From: Okamejei kenojei
Lineage: Eukaryota
Direction of reading: 5' to 3'
NCBI GenBank assembly: GCA_035221665.1
Contig: CM069147.1
Coordinates: 20,398,001-20,462,000, forward strand
DNA: 64,000 bases
The stretch's first letter is position 1; the number at the start of each line of letters is the position of its first letter. The notes beneath the pieces are model-generated. The model searched no databases. It saw nothing but the letters and a program-made list of their open reading frames with translations, and had not been told where the DNA came from. The translations under genes and the position numbers were made by a program. Shown here in pieces: positions 13,801-26,560 of the stretch.

Positions 13801-13904
13801 CCTTAAACTAATATATTTATATTTAGGTTCATAGAGACCGATTAGTACAGGTCTCATTGTGCCATCTTCAATCAATTGTGCTCATTAGAGTTCGAACGGT
13901 GGAG

Positions 13905-14690
13905 CTGTGAGAACATCTCAGATGTCCTGGTATGGGGCGCCTCATCTTAGGCACACATGCGGTGTCGATGGAGTTGGGATTAGGGGATTGAGTCTTTGCA
14001 GGAGGCAGGGTGGGGATAAGGGTAGTCTAGACGGCTGTGGGAGTCCCTCATCTTTAGGGAACCGGGGTTGCACTCTTCCATTATAGATGAGGCCCTCACA
14101 TGGGTCTCCTCGGTATCCCGCAGCTCCGTCATTGTTCCACCTCCCCCTAGTCGCAACAGGACCAGAGTCCCCCTAGTCCTCACCTTTCACCCCACCAGCC
14201 ATCAGTGCAGCATATAATCCTCCAACATTTTCGGCGCATTCAACGGGATCCCACTATTAACCACATCTTCTCATCTTCACCCTTTTCCACTTTCCATAGA
14301 GGCGTTCCCTCCACAGTGCAGGTTCACGTGCACTTCCTCCCATCTCATCTGCTGTACGCGCTGCTCCAGGTGTGGACTAGAATATAATGGCGAGTCCAAG
14401 CGCATGCTCGGCGATCGTTTCGCTGAGCACCTTCGCTTAATCCGCCTAGGCCGACTCAATCTCCCAATTGCTAAAGACTTTAAGTCTCCCTCCCATTCCC
14501 ATACTGATCTTTCTCTGTTGGAAACCACTCAGAAGGAGGCCCAACTCAAGTTGTGTCTGTCATTTTCACACCTTACCTATCATATATCTTGTCTCCCTCC
14601 CCCCGCCTCTCAATCTCAAGAAGGGTCTTGACTCGAAACTTTCCCTGTCCAACTAAATTACTGCAGCATTTTGTGTCTACCAATATTGGG
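13905..14690. mobile_element. Penelope-like fragment with internal inversion
   Basis: DSHSRLDYPYPHPASCKDSIP on minus; QHIILQHFRRIQRDPT and LGDRFAEHLR on plus. Confidence 0.75.
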
Positions 14691-15800
14691 TAAGAATGAA
14701 AAAAGCCAATAGGGGAGTTGCATAAGGTAATCGGGTCGAAGGGCGTGACACGCGAAGCACCTCAATCCTTCTGGAGGGCATGGCAGTCTCCTATTAATCA
14801 AAGATATTACAGGATCTTTGCTGTTAACACACGAAACGAATACTTTTTTACCTGTTAAAAACCGCCGAAATGGTGATTTTTTGCAGTGTAAATAATTGTG
14901 GAGGGTGATTGAGCACTCTGAGCCAAATTCTCTAGTATCTTTGCTCTGAATCAGAGCACTAATGTGTAGGCGGCCGAAGGAGCACATCCCTCGGGACAGC
15001 CCCCACTCTCCGCCTGGGGTCAGCGCTGTCCGGCCACGGCCGCTCTCCGCCCACCCTCCCCCTGTGCGACCGCACTGTCATGGGCTGCGGGTCGGCAACG
15101 CTCACACACGGGGCCGGGTGGAGCGGGACCGCGGCTTCGGGCACGGACGCACGGGGGCGAAAACCCGGCAATTTCCCCGTCGGCTGCAGCAGAGTTGGGA
15201 ACAGCTTCCGTCCACCCGGAGACACTGACCGAGCTGCACCGGCACCGACACCCCGACTCCCCCACCGGCACCATCGAACACCCACCCACCCCGACCACCA
15301 CCACACCCCCCCGATCACCCCCACACCCCCCCCCCGACCACCCGACCACCCGGCAACGTCCCCGTCAGCTGCAACAGAGTTGGGAAGAGTCTGGTCCTTC
15401 CGCCCACCCAGTCACTGACCGCACTGCACCGGCACCGGCACCGGCACCCCTCCCCTCACCACAGGCACCACGACCCCCCTCCCACCGACGCTTCCCCATC
15501 GACCTCCCCGACCAACCCCCACCCCCCCCCCCCCGACCAACCCCAGCCCCCCGCGACCACCCCCCAACCGCCGACAGAACTTAGTAACATGGCGCATAGA
15601 TAAGCAATCGCGCTAATGTCAGTAAGCGGAAGAAACTACTTATGGATTTTAGGAAGTTTCGTGGAGTACATGGTCCAATCAGCGCCAATTGTGCAAAGTG
15701 AAATTATTGAGTGCTTCAAGTTCCTTGGCGTTTATATTACCAACGATCTTGGTGAACCAACTATGTTGAACCAACCATGTTGAGGCGACAGTCGAGATGC

Positions 15801-17110
15801 CCATATAACCATATAACCATATAACAATTACAGCACGGAAACAGGCCCTCTCGGCCCTTTCGGTCCGTGCCGACCATTTATTTTCCCCTAGTCCCATCTA
15901 CTTGCACTCAGACCATACCCCTCCATTCCCTTCACGTCCATATACCTATCCACTTTACTTTTAAATGTTAAAATCGATCCTGCCTCCACCACTTCTGCTG
16001 GAAGCTCATTCCACACAGCCACCACCCTCTGAGTAAAGAAGTTCCCCCTCACGTTACCCCTAAACTTCTGTCCCTTAATTCTCATGTCATGCCCTCTTGT
16101 TTGAATCTTCCCTACCCTCAATGGGAAAAACGTATCCACGTCAACTCTGTCTATCCCTTTCATCATTTTAAAGACCTCAATCAAGTCCCCCCTTAACCTT
16201 CTGCGCTCCAAAGAATAAAGACCTAACTTGTTCAACCTTTCTCTGTAACATAGTTGCTGGAACCCTGGCAACATTCAAGTAAATCTCATCTGTACTCTCT
16301 CTATTTTGTTAACATCCTTCCTATAATTAGGCGACCAAAATTGTACACCATACTCCAGAATTGGTCTTACCAATGCCTTGTACAATTTTAACATTACTTC
16401 CCTACTCCTATATTCAATGCTCTGATTTATAAAGGCCAGCACACTAAAGGCTTTCTTTACCACCCTATCTACATGCAATTCCACCTTCAGGGAACTATGC
16501 ACAGTTATTCCTAGATCCCTCTGTTCCACAGCTTTCCTCAATTCCCTACCATTTACCATGTATGTCCTATTTTGATTTGTCCTGCCAAGATGTAGCACTT
16601 CACACTTAACAGCATTAAACTCCATCTGCCATCTTTCAGCCCACTTTTCCAAATGGCCCAAATCTCTCTGTAGACTTTGAACATCTACTTCATTATCCAC
16701 AACACCACCTATCTTAGTATCATCTGCATACTTACTTACTTATGCAATTTTCCACCCCATCATCCAGATCATTGATGTACATGACAAACAACAGTGGACC
16801 CAACACAGATCCCTGAGGCACCCCACTGGTCACCGGCTTCCAACCTGACAAACAGCCATCCACCATTACTCTCTGACATCTCCCATTCAGCCACTGTTAA
16901 ATCCATCTTGCTACTTCGCCATTAACACCCAAAGATTGAACCTTCTTAACCAACCTTCCATGGGGAACCTTGTCAAAGGCCTTACTGAAATCCATATGGA
17001 CAACATCCACTGCTTTACCCTCATCAATTTCCCTAGTTACCGCTTCAAAAAATTCAAGAAGGTTTGTCAAACATGACCTTCCAGGCACAAATCCATGTTG
17101 ACTGTTCCTG
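15801..17110 (-). mobile_element. 5'-truncated CR1 LINE (RT and 3' end)
   Basis: SCLTNLLEFFE, DFSKAFDKVPH, LERRRLRGDLIEVFK; (ATATGGTT)n tail at ~15801-15825. Confidence 0.92.
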
Positions 17111-18468
17111 TTCCTGATGACACAGCTAGGCCTTTTTTGGAGGCAGACATAAAATGCTGGAGTAACTCAGCGGGTCAGGTAGCATCTCTGGAGAGAAGGA
17201 ATGAATGGGGTTCAGGCCATTTATTCAGGCTATGAATTGATCTCATGCCTTTTTAGGAGATTGAGGGAATGCGGCCTGTCTCCAAGCAAATCTCATTGGA
17301 TAACATGCAAAATAAAGCTTTTCACTGTACCTCGGCACACATGAGAATAATAAACCTAAACAAAACCTAAACCGAAACATTTTATATCAACGTTAATATA
17401 ATCGAGGGAAAGGGCAGGTAAATACTTAAGATAGCACTTAATGAACTTCGAATTTGAAATACCAACGTTACAATGCGCCGTTTGACTGATTGACAATCGT
17501 TTTGATTAAACAACAATATCTTTCATAAGGTTCATAAAGTTAATTTATTGTCACATACACCAATTGGTGTAGTGAATTTTCACTGGCCAGGTCAGTCATA
17601 CAAGTTAAAAAAAAAGCAACAGACTCAAAAAACACATTTTAACATGAACATCCATCACAGTGACTCCTACACATTCCTCACCGTGATGGAAGGCGAAATA
17701 AAGTTCAGGTCCTTCCCTTTTTGTTGTTCCTTGGTCGGGGGCCTCGAGCCCCCCGTTGACGGGACGGACTTGACTCCCGTAGCCGGCGGTGTTCGGGCCC
17801 TCCGCTGGCAAGTCCGCGCCCTACGGTGGGGCTCACGACAGTCCTAAGCGACTTTTCAACCCCATCGATGGTGGGCCGCAGAGCCCGGAGAATATGATCC
17901 GAAACTTGATCACCTCTCCGGGAAGGTAATAACCTGAAAAAAAAAGCTTCCCCGACCCCCCCCCCCCCCCACACCCCCCACATAAAATATACAAATGAAC
18001 ATTAAAACAAACTTTAAACAGACGCTAAAAATAACAAAAGGATGAAAAAACGAACAGACTGCCGGCGAGGACGTCATCTCCCTCCTCCGGCGCCACATAC
18101 TATTTAAATAATTGCATAACGTGGCATTAACTTTGAGACATTGTTCGTGAAGAAAAGTTATCACTAGAGGACATTGCGATGCTTTGATGATATTTTGCCA
18201 CTTGCAAACTTTTGTATTGAATAAAATGACATATGTAAGCAAAACCACATGTTTACTTTTTAAAAATCGGGTTTAAACCGCTTGCTCCGCTTTCCGCATC
18301 AAAACACGGACCATTTAGAGCGTCAACAACAATTTCCGACAACTAATCACAATATGCAAAGTGGAAGTGAGGACTGTCTTTGCGCGTGCATTTTATTGTG
18401 ATCATTGCTCCTTGATGTGCAGACCGTGGAATAAAAAGTTCTCAATCCACGGAAGCGTCTTTCGCTTC

Positions 18469-18606
18469 TCAACTTCTCGCTTTCCTTGAAACCTTTACAC
18501 CCGCGTACACTGAGTGTTTGTCATTCTGCTTAGATAGCGATGTTTCCTTGGAGTTGGAAAGCTGCAGCGAGGCGTAAGTCAGCTTGTCATCTCCGCCTTG
18601 TTTGGT
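18469..18606 (-). CDS. Copy A last exon, ITIMs LTYASL and SVYAGV
   Basis: acag|TKQGGDDKLTYASLQLSNSKETSLSKQNDKHSVYAGVKVSRKARS*; candidate AATAAA at 18397-18392. Confidence 0.88.
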   Translation of the reverse strand, partial: TKQGGDDKLTYASLQLSNSKETSLSKQNDKHSVYAGVKVSRKARS

Positions 18607-21600
18607 CTGTGAAATAAATTCAATATTGCCCGTTAACCCATTGTACAGTGACTCAGGAAAGCAATCGCTGTTTCAATACGATTGGAATATAACCAACAAT
18701 AAATATTTCCAGATTGCAGATTACGTATCAGAGTTTATGTTCATATGATTTATCCAGTCTTCTGCGGAGCCTGTCTTGGTCTAGCGAACAGTAGTGAATA
18801 TTCAATTTTATTCTCTCCACATTGCCATCAACACTTCGCTCACTCCTAGTACTACTTGCCTAAACACGGGACATTTTAAATGTCTAGTTAGCCTACAACC
18901 CCTCACGTGATTCGGGATGTGCGAAGAATTCGGAGCACCTCGGGAAACCCGCGAGGATGTAACAAAAAACGTTCAAACTTCACACTGACAGCACATAAGG
19001 CCAGAATTTGTTTTACTTTGTGGTTGGATATACGAGGAGAAGCCATAATAACTATCTCACTGTGTGATCTTCGTTAGATAATGTGGAAAAACTGTCAAGA
19101 GTGCTTGTCATATGTCCCAGATAGAACTCTGAAATTCTTACTTGCACCAGCACAACAGAATAAGTAAACATAGTACTCTGTAAATAATATAACAAACCTC
19201 TCTGAGGTCCAGCGCCATCCGGCCACCTGTCCCCTATTAAGGTGGATTTCCTGAATTCAGATTTCAATCTGTTCCTCTTGTCATTGTCTGAATTTATCAT
19301 ATTTCGTGGCGCTGGATATGCCCGCTGGATGGAAAAGCCTGTTGGCTGTTCCTTACCTTTCTTAATTTCCCATTAATTTTGGACAGCATTCTACATTAAA
19401 CCCGGGAACAGCGATAAGGGTAATTTGCATTGGGATGGCGTCGTGCAGCCGAATGTGCTGTTCGGCTCTATCTGGTTTCAACGTCACAATTGGAAATCGC
19501 CAATACGGCTTTTCCACAGTCGTACAAGGTCAAAATTATGTTCACGTTACTTCATAATCAACAGAAATTATTTCCTTTAATCTGATATTTACTTGGAATT
19601 ATTTTCGTGCAAATACTTTGCCCTTACCTCGGCATAGACAACATGCTCTTCCTTTCGTCGATATTTGGTAATTTTTTTGCCCTCACTCAAATTTATTGTT
19701 GCGTAGGCAGAGGCATCTTCACTTGACGCTTGTCGAACCTATTAGAAAGTGATATTCAACAAAGGTTAGCGGAGTGTCCGATGTAGTTCTTTAAAGAGTG
19801 AGTCTGAAACATAAACATACAGAATGATTGCAAAAAAAGGGGCACGATATCATTTGAACTGCATTCAATTATATTTCTCAGAATGTCATTCCCGAGAGGA
19901 TTCAAAGTGCCAGTGTTCAACTTGTTTACTAATTTTGTAGCTTGCGATTCATTTGAATAATTTCTCCTCCAAATGCGATCCATTTCTCACTTCCCGCCAA
20001 ATTATTCAGTCTCTGTTGTCGCCGTTTCCCACATCCCTATATCCCAGGCAACCTGGCTTATTTGAGCACTTGGTAGTGGGACGAGTTTGTCGTCTGCCCT
20101 TATGCGCTTACATGTACTTTCATTCTTAGGTCGCAATTTATAGTAGCGAAGTAACCGAGCAATCCGCATCACTTTGGGGTACAAGGGGAGTGGAGTATCT
20201 GGCCGAAAAGCACGCAAGAATAAACTACAAATCACCCGCAGGTACCGTTGGAGATTGGAATTGAACCCGATCAGGACGGAACTATGAGACTGCAGGTTTG
20301 CTCGTTGCGCCCCTTCCAATTTTAGAGGCGACAGGCAAAATGGTTTCCTTCTGCGCTGCAATGTTCTAAAATTATATGGAATGAAACTGATATATTCTCT
20401 GCTGATCGTATAATTTCTGTACTCGTCCATCCCTCTTGGAAACAAGAACAATAGCTTCACCTACCGGTTGTACGCTATGACTTGCTTCCACGGAGTTTGC
20501 ATTAATTCCTACATGGAAAAAAAATAAATCTCGAATAACATTTTAATGTCAGGAAAATGTAAGTTACGCATTAGATTATAATCACATCTACTGCCTATGG
20601 ACCCTTGAAGGCAGGCGACAATCCCGTATACTATCGGTGTACCACCGCCACAATGTAATATGTTGTACATTCATATATACCATCCGCGTTAGATCTGCAC
20701 AACCGGAGGAAGCGAATGTCTAAACCAAATAACTCATGCTTCAAATTTTGACGTTAAAGCTAATCAACACGCTATTAATACAGTTGTTTGAAAAACACAC
20801 ACTCGATCGATGATTGAATAATTCGAAAGGGCAGGGGAAATAATTGTAGTTTAACTTACAACTAATAACTAGTATTGCTTTGGCTTCTTGTTTCAATGAT
20901 TCTCAGAATGCACCAACCGCTTTTCTATCAACGGTTGTATGAAATGAAAAATGATGCAAGGTTCTTACCTCGTTGTGCCTTTAATGCGAATCTTGTCAAA
21001 ATTATAAGCAGAACTACAAATGACAGTCCGCCCGCGACACATCCGAGAATTAGAGTTTTGTCCGTGGTTTCTGGATATGGCGAAAAATGAGAACAGTGAA
21101 ACATAAATACACACAGGGACCGGGAGACAAGAAGGCAGAGCAACCGTTCAATATTTTCTGTACAAATAATTTATGACTGCCCCATGGCACGCATTGTACG
21201 GTAATGGCGAATTTATAGAACAGATCACATTATACGGTGGCTCTTTGCAGAGGTTTGGTTATTAAGTTGAGATGACTGTTCAATTTCATGTTTACAAAAC
21301 TACGCCCGGTAGTTTGACAACAGTTTAAAAAGTCAGAATGCATTCTATATTCTGGACCTGACACCCTGGACCCGCCACCGCAGGTTCCAGTAAATATGAA
21401 AAAGAACTGGATTTTTGTGTTTGCACAACTATCTAATTGTATTAGAAAATAGACACAAAAGTGCTGGAGTAACTCAGCGGGACAGGCAACATTCCTGGAG
21501 AGAGGAATGGGAGTCGTTTCTGATCGAAACCCTTGTTCAGATTGTATTTCTCGGCAGGCTGGAGTCAGCGTTAAATGCCTCCCGGCTTACCTTGCTCGAC

Positions 21601-23697
21601 AATGTAGCTGAAACTGGCAGGGACTGTAAGAGTTACGTGTGATACCAGGCAGGTGTAAACAGTTTTGCCTGGAGCAGGCTGCGTATCGCGCAAAAAACTG
21701 GAAGCCTCGTAAAGTCCATCCGCTGTTCTGTTTCTCACGGTTTCAATGCCGGTCAAAATTTCCACGTAGTTTCTTTGCCAGATGACTTTTAATTCCTCCG
21801 GATAAAACGCAGCCGTTTTACACACGAGTTGCGGCAAATGCGGCGCGCTTCCTTCAATAGCGACAATTTTCAATGGAGTTGGGGGAGCTGGAACAAAAAA
21901 AAGCGTGAAACTGCAAAATATATTTTATTTCAATGAACATTTGTCGCTGCCTCATGTTATCCGTGTGGTTGTTTGTTGAGTTTATACTTTTGTTAAAAAT
22001 TATTTTATGGAGGTTATCATGGTAAGTAGTGCAATTGAAACAAAGCACGAACTGCTGCCTCGCGGGGTTCACGCGATTATTAAGAAATAATGTGACACGG
22101 GTATTGCTTGGTAAGATTCCGTGACAGTGCTTTATGTTGAATTCAAAATCACGCGTTTCTTCTGAACATTTGCTCTTTCTTATCTGCAGATGGTAGTTAC
22201 AGAAAATGGACTGCACTGAATGGCAGAAGTACATCGGCGACAACAGTTGATTTTCTCGAAAAGCACGCAAGGATGAACCGAGCAAACTCTGTTTCTCATT
22301 CCATATATGTTATTAACAAGACATTAACGAGCATGGTTCCATTTGTGCTGGAGCCACTGTCAGTAATATTTACCGAGCGGGAGAGTTAATTGTACTTTAT
22401 TTTGTCAATGCATTGCGTAATCTCCTTAATGTCGTTTGTGTTTAAGCATTTTTACTTTCCTTAATTGATGTAATAACATCTTAGTGTACTATTATTATTA
22501 TTAATTAATAAAGCGATATCACCTTTTACTCCCTGTGCCATATAAATGATTACCAAGCAAACCTCTATTCCATACGATGATATAACCGTGGATCTATTTT
22601 GAAATAAGAAGTAATATCGGAGAATTGCAGTTGTAGTTCCTTTTTTTCTTTTTTCATTCCACGAACTTTCCTGGAGACTGTGAAAGTGTAAACAAAATTA
22701 TCCACCTCAAAACTGTGAGATCCATTTCTCCTCCGCTTTTAGTTGATGGGAAAGTTTGTCGGGTGGAAAATTTTGGAACTTTCTGGAAATTCAGAGTAAC
22801 GTGAATTTGGATGGGCATTTGAAAAGCTGGAGGTCAAAATATAATTGGACCTGCCAATTTACAAGAGCCACAACCATGGTAATGTCACTATGCCTTTGTA
22901 AGATAACCCGGAGTAATAAAAAAACAAAACTATAACAGAACTCTCGCTGCACGTATATTGACCGACGGATAGAATATTTTTGTTTGTTCCCTTTATTTCA
23001 GATTTCCATCTCGGAAGTAACCATTAAAATTATAGAACTAGATAAGATTAATATTTCCTCCACCAGCAAGCTTTAGTTACATTTGCAACAGATGAACATA
23101 TCCCACTACCCGTAACAAAGAGACACTTACTAACACAATTAGCTGGGAGCCAGTTCCATTGCCGATAATGTGCAGTTGGTGTTTCACTCGACAGTAATAT
23201 ATCCCGACGTCTGCGACACTCACATTCAGCAAAGTAAATGTACTGCTTCCCTTGTCTACTTTGAATTGTTTTCTGTCGTCCGGTTCCATAAATGTCTTCT
23301 CGCCCTCTCTCCACCAAGAAACGTCAGCGGTTTCTTTTAATATTGGAAATTTGCAGAACATGGACACACGGCTGCCCCTTGAGACCCTCAGGAATGCGGG
23401 GAATTGTTCCACTTTGCTCGAAGTTGCTTTTGTCAGAGGCAGAAATAAGTAAATATGATGAAAACAGTTGCACATACAGCACCAAGAAAAAGAGCCAATG
23501 GATACACAAATACAAAACAATTAGGAAATAATGGTTAGCCAATTGCAGAAACGTTGTAAATGTAATTTGCTGTGGCATACTAGTGTAAAATATTGACAAA
23601 TATGATTTGCTTAGCGAAATCGGTTCAGAAACTAAGCATACCTTGACAAACCAAAGCAAGAAGACCCATTGTACCGAAACCATTGCTTTCACGGCAT
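18469..23697 (-). CDS. Receptor copy A: inhibitory-type VJ-C1-TM-ITIM IgSF receptor (SIRP/NKp30-like); frame-disrupting 1-nt indels in this assembly
   Basis: Exons: leader 23642-23669 (homologous start 23697), V 23131-23426, C1 21591-21887, TM 20969-21070, cyt1 20465-20508, cyt2 19628-19738, cyt3 18469-18606. All GT-AG; phases match except at the V donor (296 nt). Confidence 0.85.
19628..19738 (-). CDS. Copy A cytoplasmic exon 2 (SAYATI, VVYAE)
   Basis: tag|VRQASSEDASAYATINLSEGKKITKYRRKEEHVVYAE|gtaag, phase 0-0. Confidence 0.85.
20465..20508 (-). CDS. Copy A cytoplasmic exon 1
   Basis: Polypyrimidine tract, gtag|GINANSVEASHSVQP|gtaggt; phase 1-0 bridges the TM and cyt2 exons exactly. Confidence 0.8.
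20969..21070 (-). CDS. Copy A TM exon (uncharged)
   Basis: ETTDKTLILGCVAGGLSFVVLLIILTRFALKAQR|gtaag. Confidence 0.9.
21591..21887 (-). CDS. Copy A Ig C1-set exon
   Basis: LVCKTAAFYPEELKVIW...YTCLVSHVTL, C1 signature; phase 1-1. Confidence 0.93.
23131..23426 (-). CDS. Copy A Ig V-set exon with germline J-like motif
   Basis: MFCKF...VSWWR...DVGIYYCRV...GNGTGSQLIV. Confidence 0.92.
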
Positions 23698-24187
23698 ACT
23701 GCAAAAGAGAAGGGTTTGCATAAGAAATAGGTTTTCATAGAATGCCTGAAGCGTGTGACTCCGACGCCGTAAATCACATGACTAAGGCATCGTGATGCAT
23801 TTTGAGTATATTTTTTGTTTCAGCGAGTATGATCTAGGAAATATGTTTTCTTCGATTTCTTACGCCAAAATGATTTCTCTCCCAGCCATTGTTGGTGCAC
23901 CGCGTTTGGACAACACGTATTTAAATCCATTTACCTCAACCTCGTTCTCAAATTGAGACTTTGTCCTACGGGAGCATATAGATACAAGGGCAGTCAAATA
24001 TTCAGCCTCGTATATTTCGTGCTTACGATCACAGATTATCCCACCTTTAATGCAGAAGGGTGTGATGACCTTTGACTTAGTCACGCTGCGAATTTATTAC
24101 ATTGCAGCCAAAAACCCCAAGCCTCAATTGCAGCATTTAAATGAGATACATTATAGCCAAGTGATGTGTTGATAAGGATTTGATCAT

Positions 24188-24201
24188 CCACTAGATGGCA
24201 G
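24188..24201 (+). promoter_or_regulatory. CTCF-consensus site upstream of copy A
   Basis: CCACTAGATGGCAG, ~500 bp upstream of the leader exon; conserved in copy B. Confidence 0.5.
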
Positions 24202-25609
24202 TTCGACGGCGTACCACTGAGAGTTTTCGCTATTGATTCGGATCATCTAATTCCTCACGCAAGGAATTTAGAAAGGGAAACCCATAGTCAGTTTGATTGC
24301 ATTATTTTTCGCTTACAATATATTGTGCATCTGTTACCTTTATCCGTGGTACCATAAGTGACTATAAGCAAAAATGTTATAACCTCTTTCCATAGTTAAA
24401 ATTCAGGAATTAACTAGCCTCTTGCTCCCAAGTTTAATCTGTTACCTTCGCAGATATTTGCAACAGCAACTTTAGCGCAAAGGTATTCAAGGGCCAAATG
24501 TGCATTACAAAACCCGATACTGAAGAGAAGGGGACCCGATCGGCACAAGACTAAAGTTAATTCAACAAACAAAAGGACGATGCGAGTTTATTAAAGTAAA
24601 CGCTTGGATTGTTAGAAATAGAATCAATTATCCAAAAAAAAAAAACGGAACTACGTCCAAGACCACAAACGGTTTCAGAGACAAAAAATATTATTCTTTA
24701 CAGTATGAATGTTAACTTAAAATTGTTGCATTCTTGGAGATTTGAGCACTTGACAACTTGTGATGCCTAATTTAAAAAGACCAGCATGAGCAAGGTATAT
24801 AGTCCATGGACTTTGTTCCCGATCAATGCAAGTTGCGATGTAACTTTTTAAACGTTATAATTGTTCAAGCATCATCTTTGCAAATGTGGTTCCTTTTGGT
24901 TATTTCAGGTTCACATTTTCAACACACAAAGAATAGTTATTATGGTAGGATGAATAACAAAACGTGAATCAAAAAAGGTGACTTGTGTGAAGGAACATAA
25001 GATGCTCATATGTACAAACGTAAGAAGTTTAAGTAAGTGGGGGGGCGACGGGAGTAGAGGGGAGAAGGGGGAAGAAGAGGGGAAGGGGGAGAAGGGGGAG
25101 AAGAGGGAGAAGGGGAGAAGGGGAGAAGGGGGAGAAGGCGTGGAGACACTTTTAAGAAGCCAGACAACTTTTAATAAGCCAGAGATACACCTCCGTGAAA
25201 TTCGGCGGGCATTTAACATTACCGTTGGGTTATCCTTGGTTCTGAAAATTGGTGCTTACGTTTTTTTCCCCCCCAGTGAGCCAATGAAAATGACTGGTCA
25301 GCAAAGGCGATTAACTAAACCTACCTGCGACCACCTCGACTGCCTATAACTACATGGCAACCCAACTACAACTGCACCTAGGACTACAGGATTTTCGATT
25401 TTCTCCATGGCACGCAATTTTTGGTCGCAGAACATTTTTCACCATGTTGAAAATTTTGCGGCGACTATACTGAGGTCGCGACTAGTTCTCAGAATGCGGG
25501 AACTTTTCGCGACCATGAAGGAGACTTACCAGAGACCATCAGCGAATATGTGGCGACCATATGGTGAGCGCAGATTAGAGTCTCCTGCACACGCCTAAAA
25601 AGTCACCTA

Positions 25610-25676
25610 AAGGGACTGTCCCACTGCGGCGACCTAATCTCTCCCCCCCTCCACACTCTCTAAAAGACTTACTATA

Positions 25677-25742
<66 letters not shown>

Positions 25743-25870
25743 ACGGTCAGTCGATCCAGCTCACGGTTTCATTGCTGACGGTCAATCCAGCTTGAGGTTT
25801 TTCAGGAGAGTGCCCTTGAGCTTGAAAGGTCACGTTAGTGGGACAGGCCCTTAAGTGGGACAGACCCTTA
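25610..25870. mobile_element. PIF/Harbinger-like MITE containing a (GT)n microsatellite (25679-25740)
   Basis: Ends gggactgtcccact / agtgggacaggccc; a longer version is at ~54243-54933. Confidence 0.55.
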
Positions 25871-25979
25871 TTGGACTGGCAGTCTCTTATCATAACTGAA
25901 AAAATAATTCCATGAAAAAAATCTGATGTATATACGCTTCTCATTTTATTTCTAGCCAGAGAACAGAAAGGAGATGAGG

Positions 25980-26560
25980 AACCTTCAAGACAACAACTTT
26001 TCCCTCAATGTCAGCCAGACAAAGGAGAGACAAATGAGATTGTGATTGAATTCAGCAAGAGAAACAGTGCCCACCCCACTTATGCATTGATGGCGCTGAA
26101 GCAGAAATGGTCGAAAGGTTCAAGTTCCTTAGAATAAATATCACCAGCAATTTGTCCTGGACCAGCCACGTCGAAGCTATAGCGAGAAATGCACATGAAT
26201 GCCTCTACGAACTGAGAAGGATTATGAATTTCGGCATGACACCAATAACCTCACCAACTTCAACAGGGGCATTGTAAACAACTTTTTGAGGATGCATTAT
26301 AGACAGATTTGAAAACAGCTCCATCCAAGACCACAAGAAATTGCAGAGAGTTGTGGACGTAGCTCTGACCATCGCACAAACTAACTTCCCATCCATTGAC
26401 TCCATCTGCTGCGGCAAGGCCGTCAGGATAATCAAGGACCAGCCTTATATGGGCCATCACTCTTCTCCCCTCGCACATGAGGCATGACGTACAGACGTTT
26501 CCGAATGCATATCTCCAGAATCAGGGACAATTTCCACCCAGCTGTAATCAGGCAAGTGAA
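25980..26560 (+). mobile_element. Decayed Rex1/Babar-like LINE 3' region; empty site of the BEL insertion at 26199-26203
   Basis: Remnant reading QDNNFSLNVSQTK; colinear with both BEL flanks in copy B. Confidence 0.6.

Noticed and set aside
14700-15660. GC-rich segment with direct repeats as a CpG-island promoter
   Set aside because: No linked gene; looks like an unclassified interspersed repeat
20002-20460. 152-aa ORF and alternative exon candidates in the intron
   Set aside because: Frame not conserved in copy B; the 44-nt exon 20465-20508 resolves the phases
23131-23426. Calling the V a rearranging TCR/Ig segment, or assigning SIRPA or NCR3
   Set aside because: J motif is germline-joined with no RSS seen; single C1 differs from SIRP (two) and NKp30 (none); orthology cannot be shown without phylogeny
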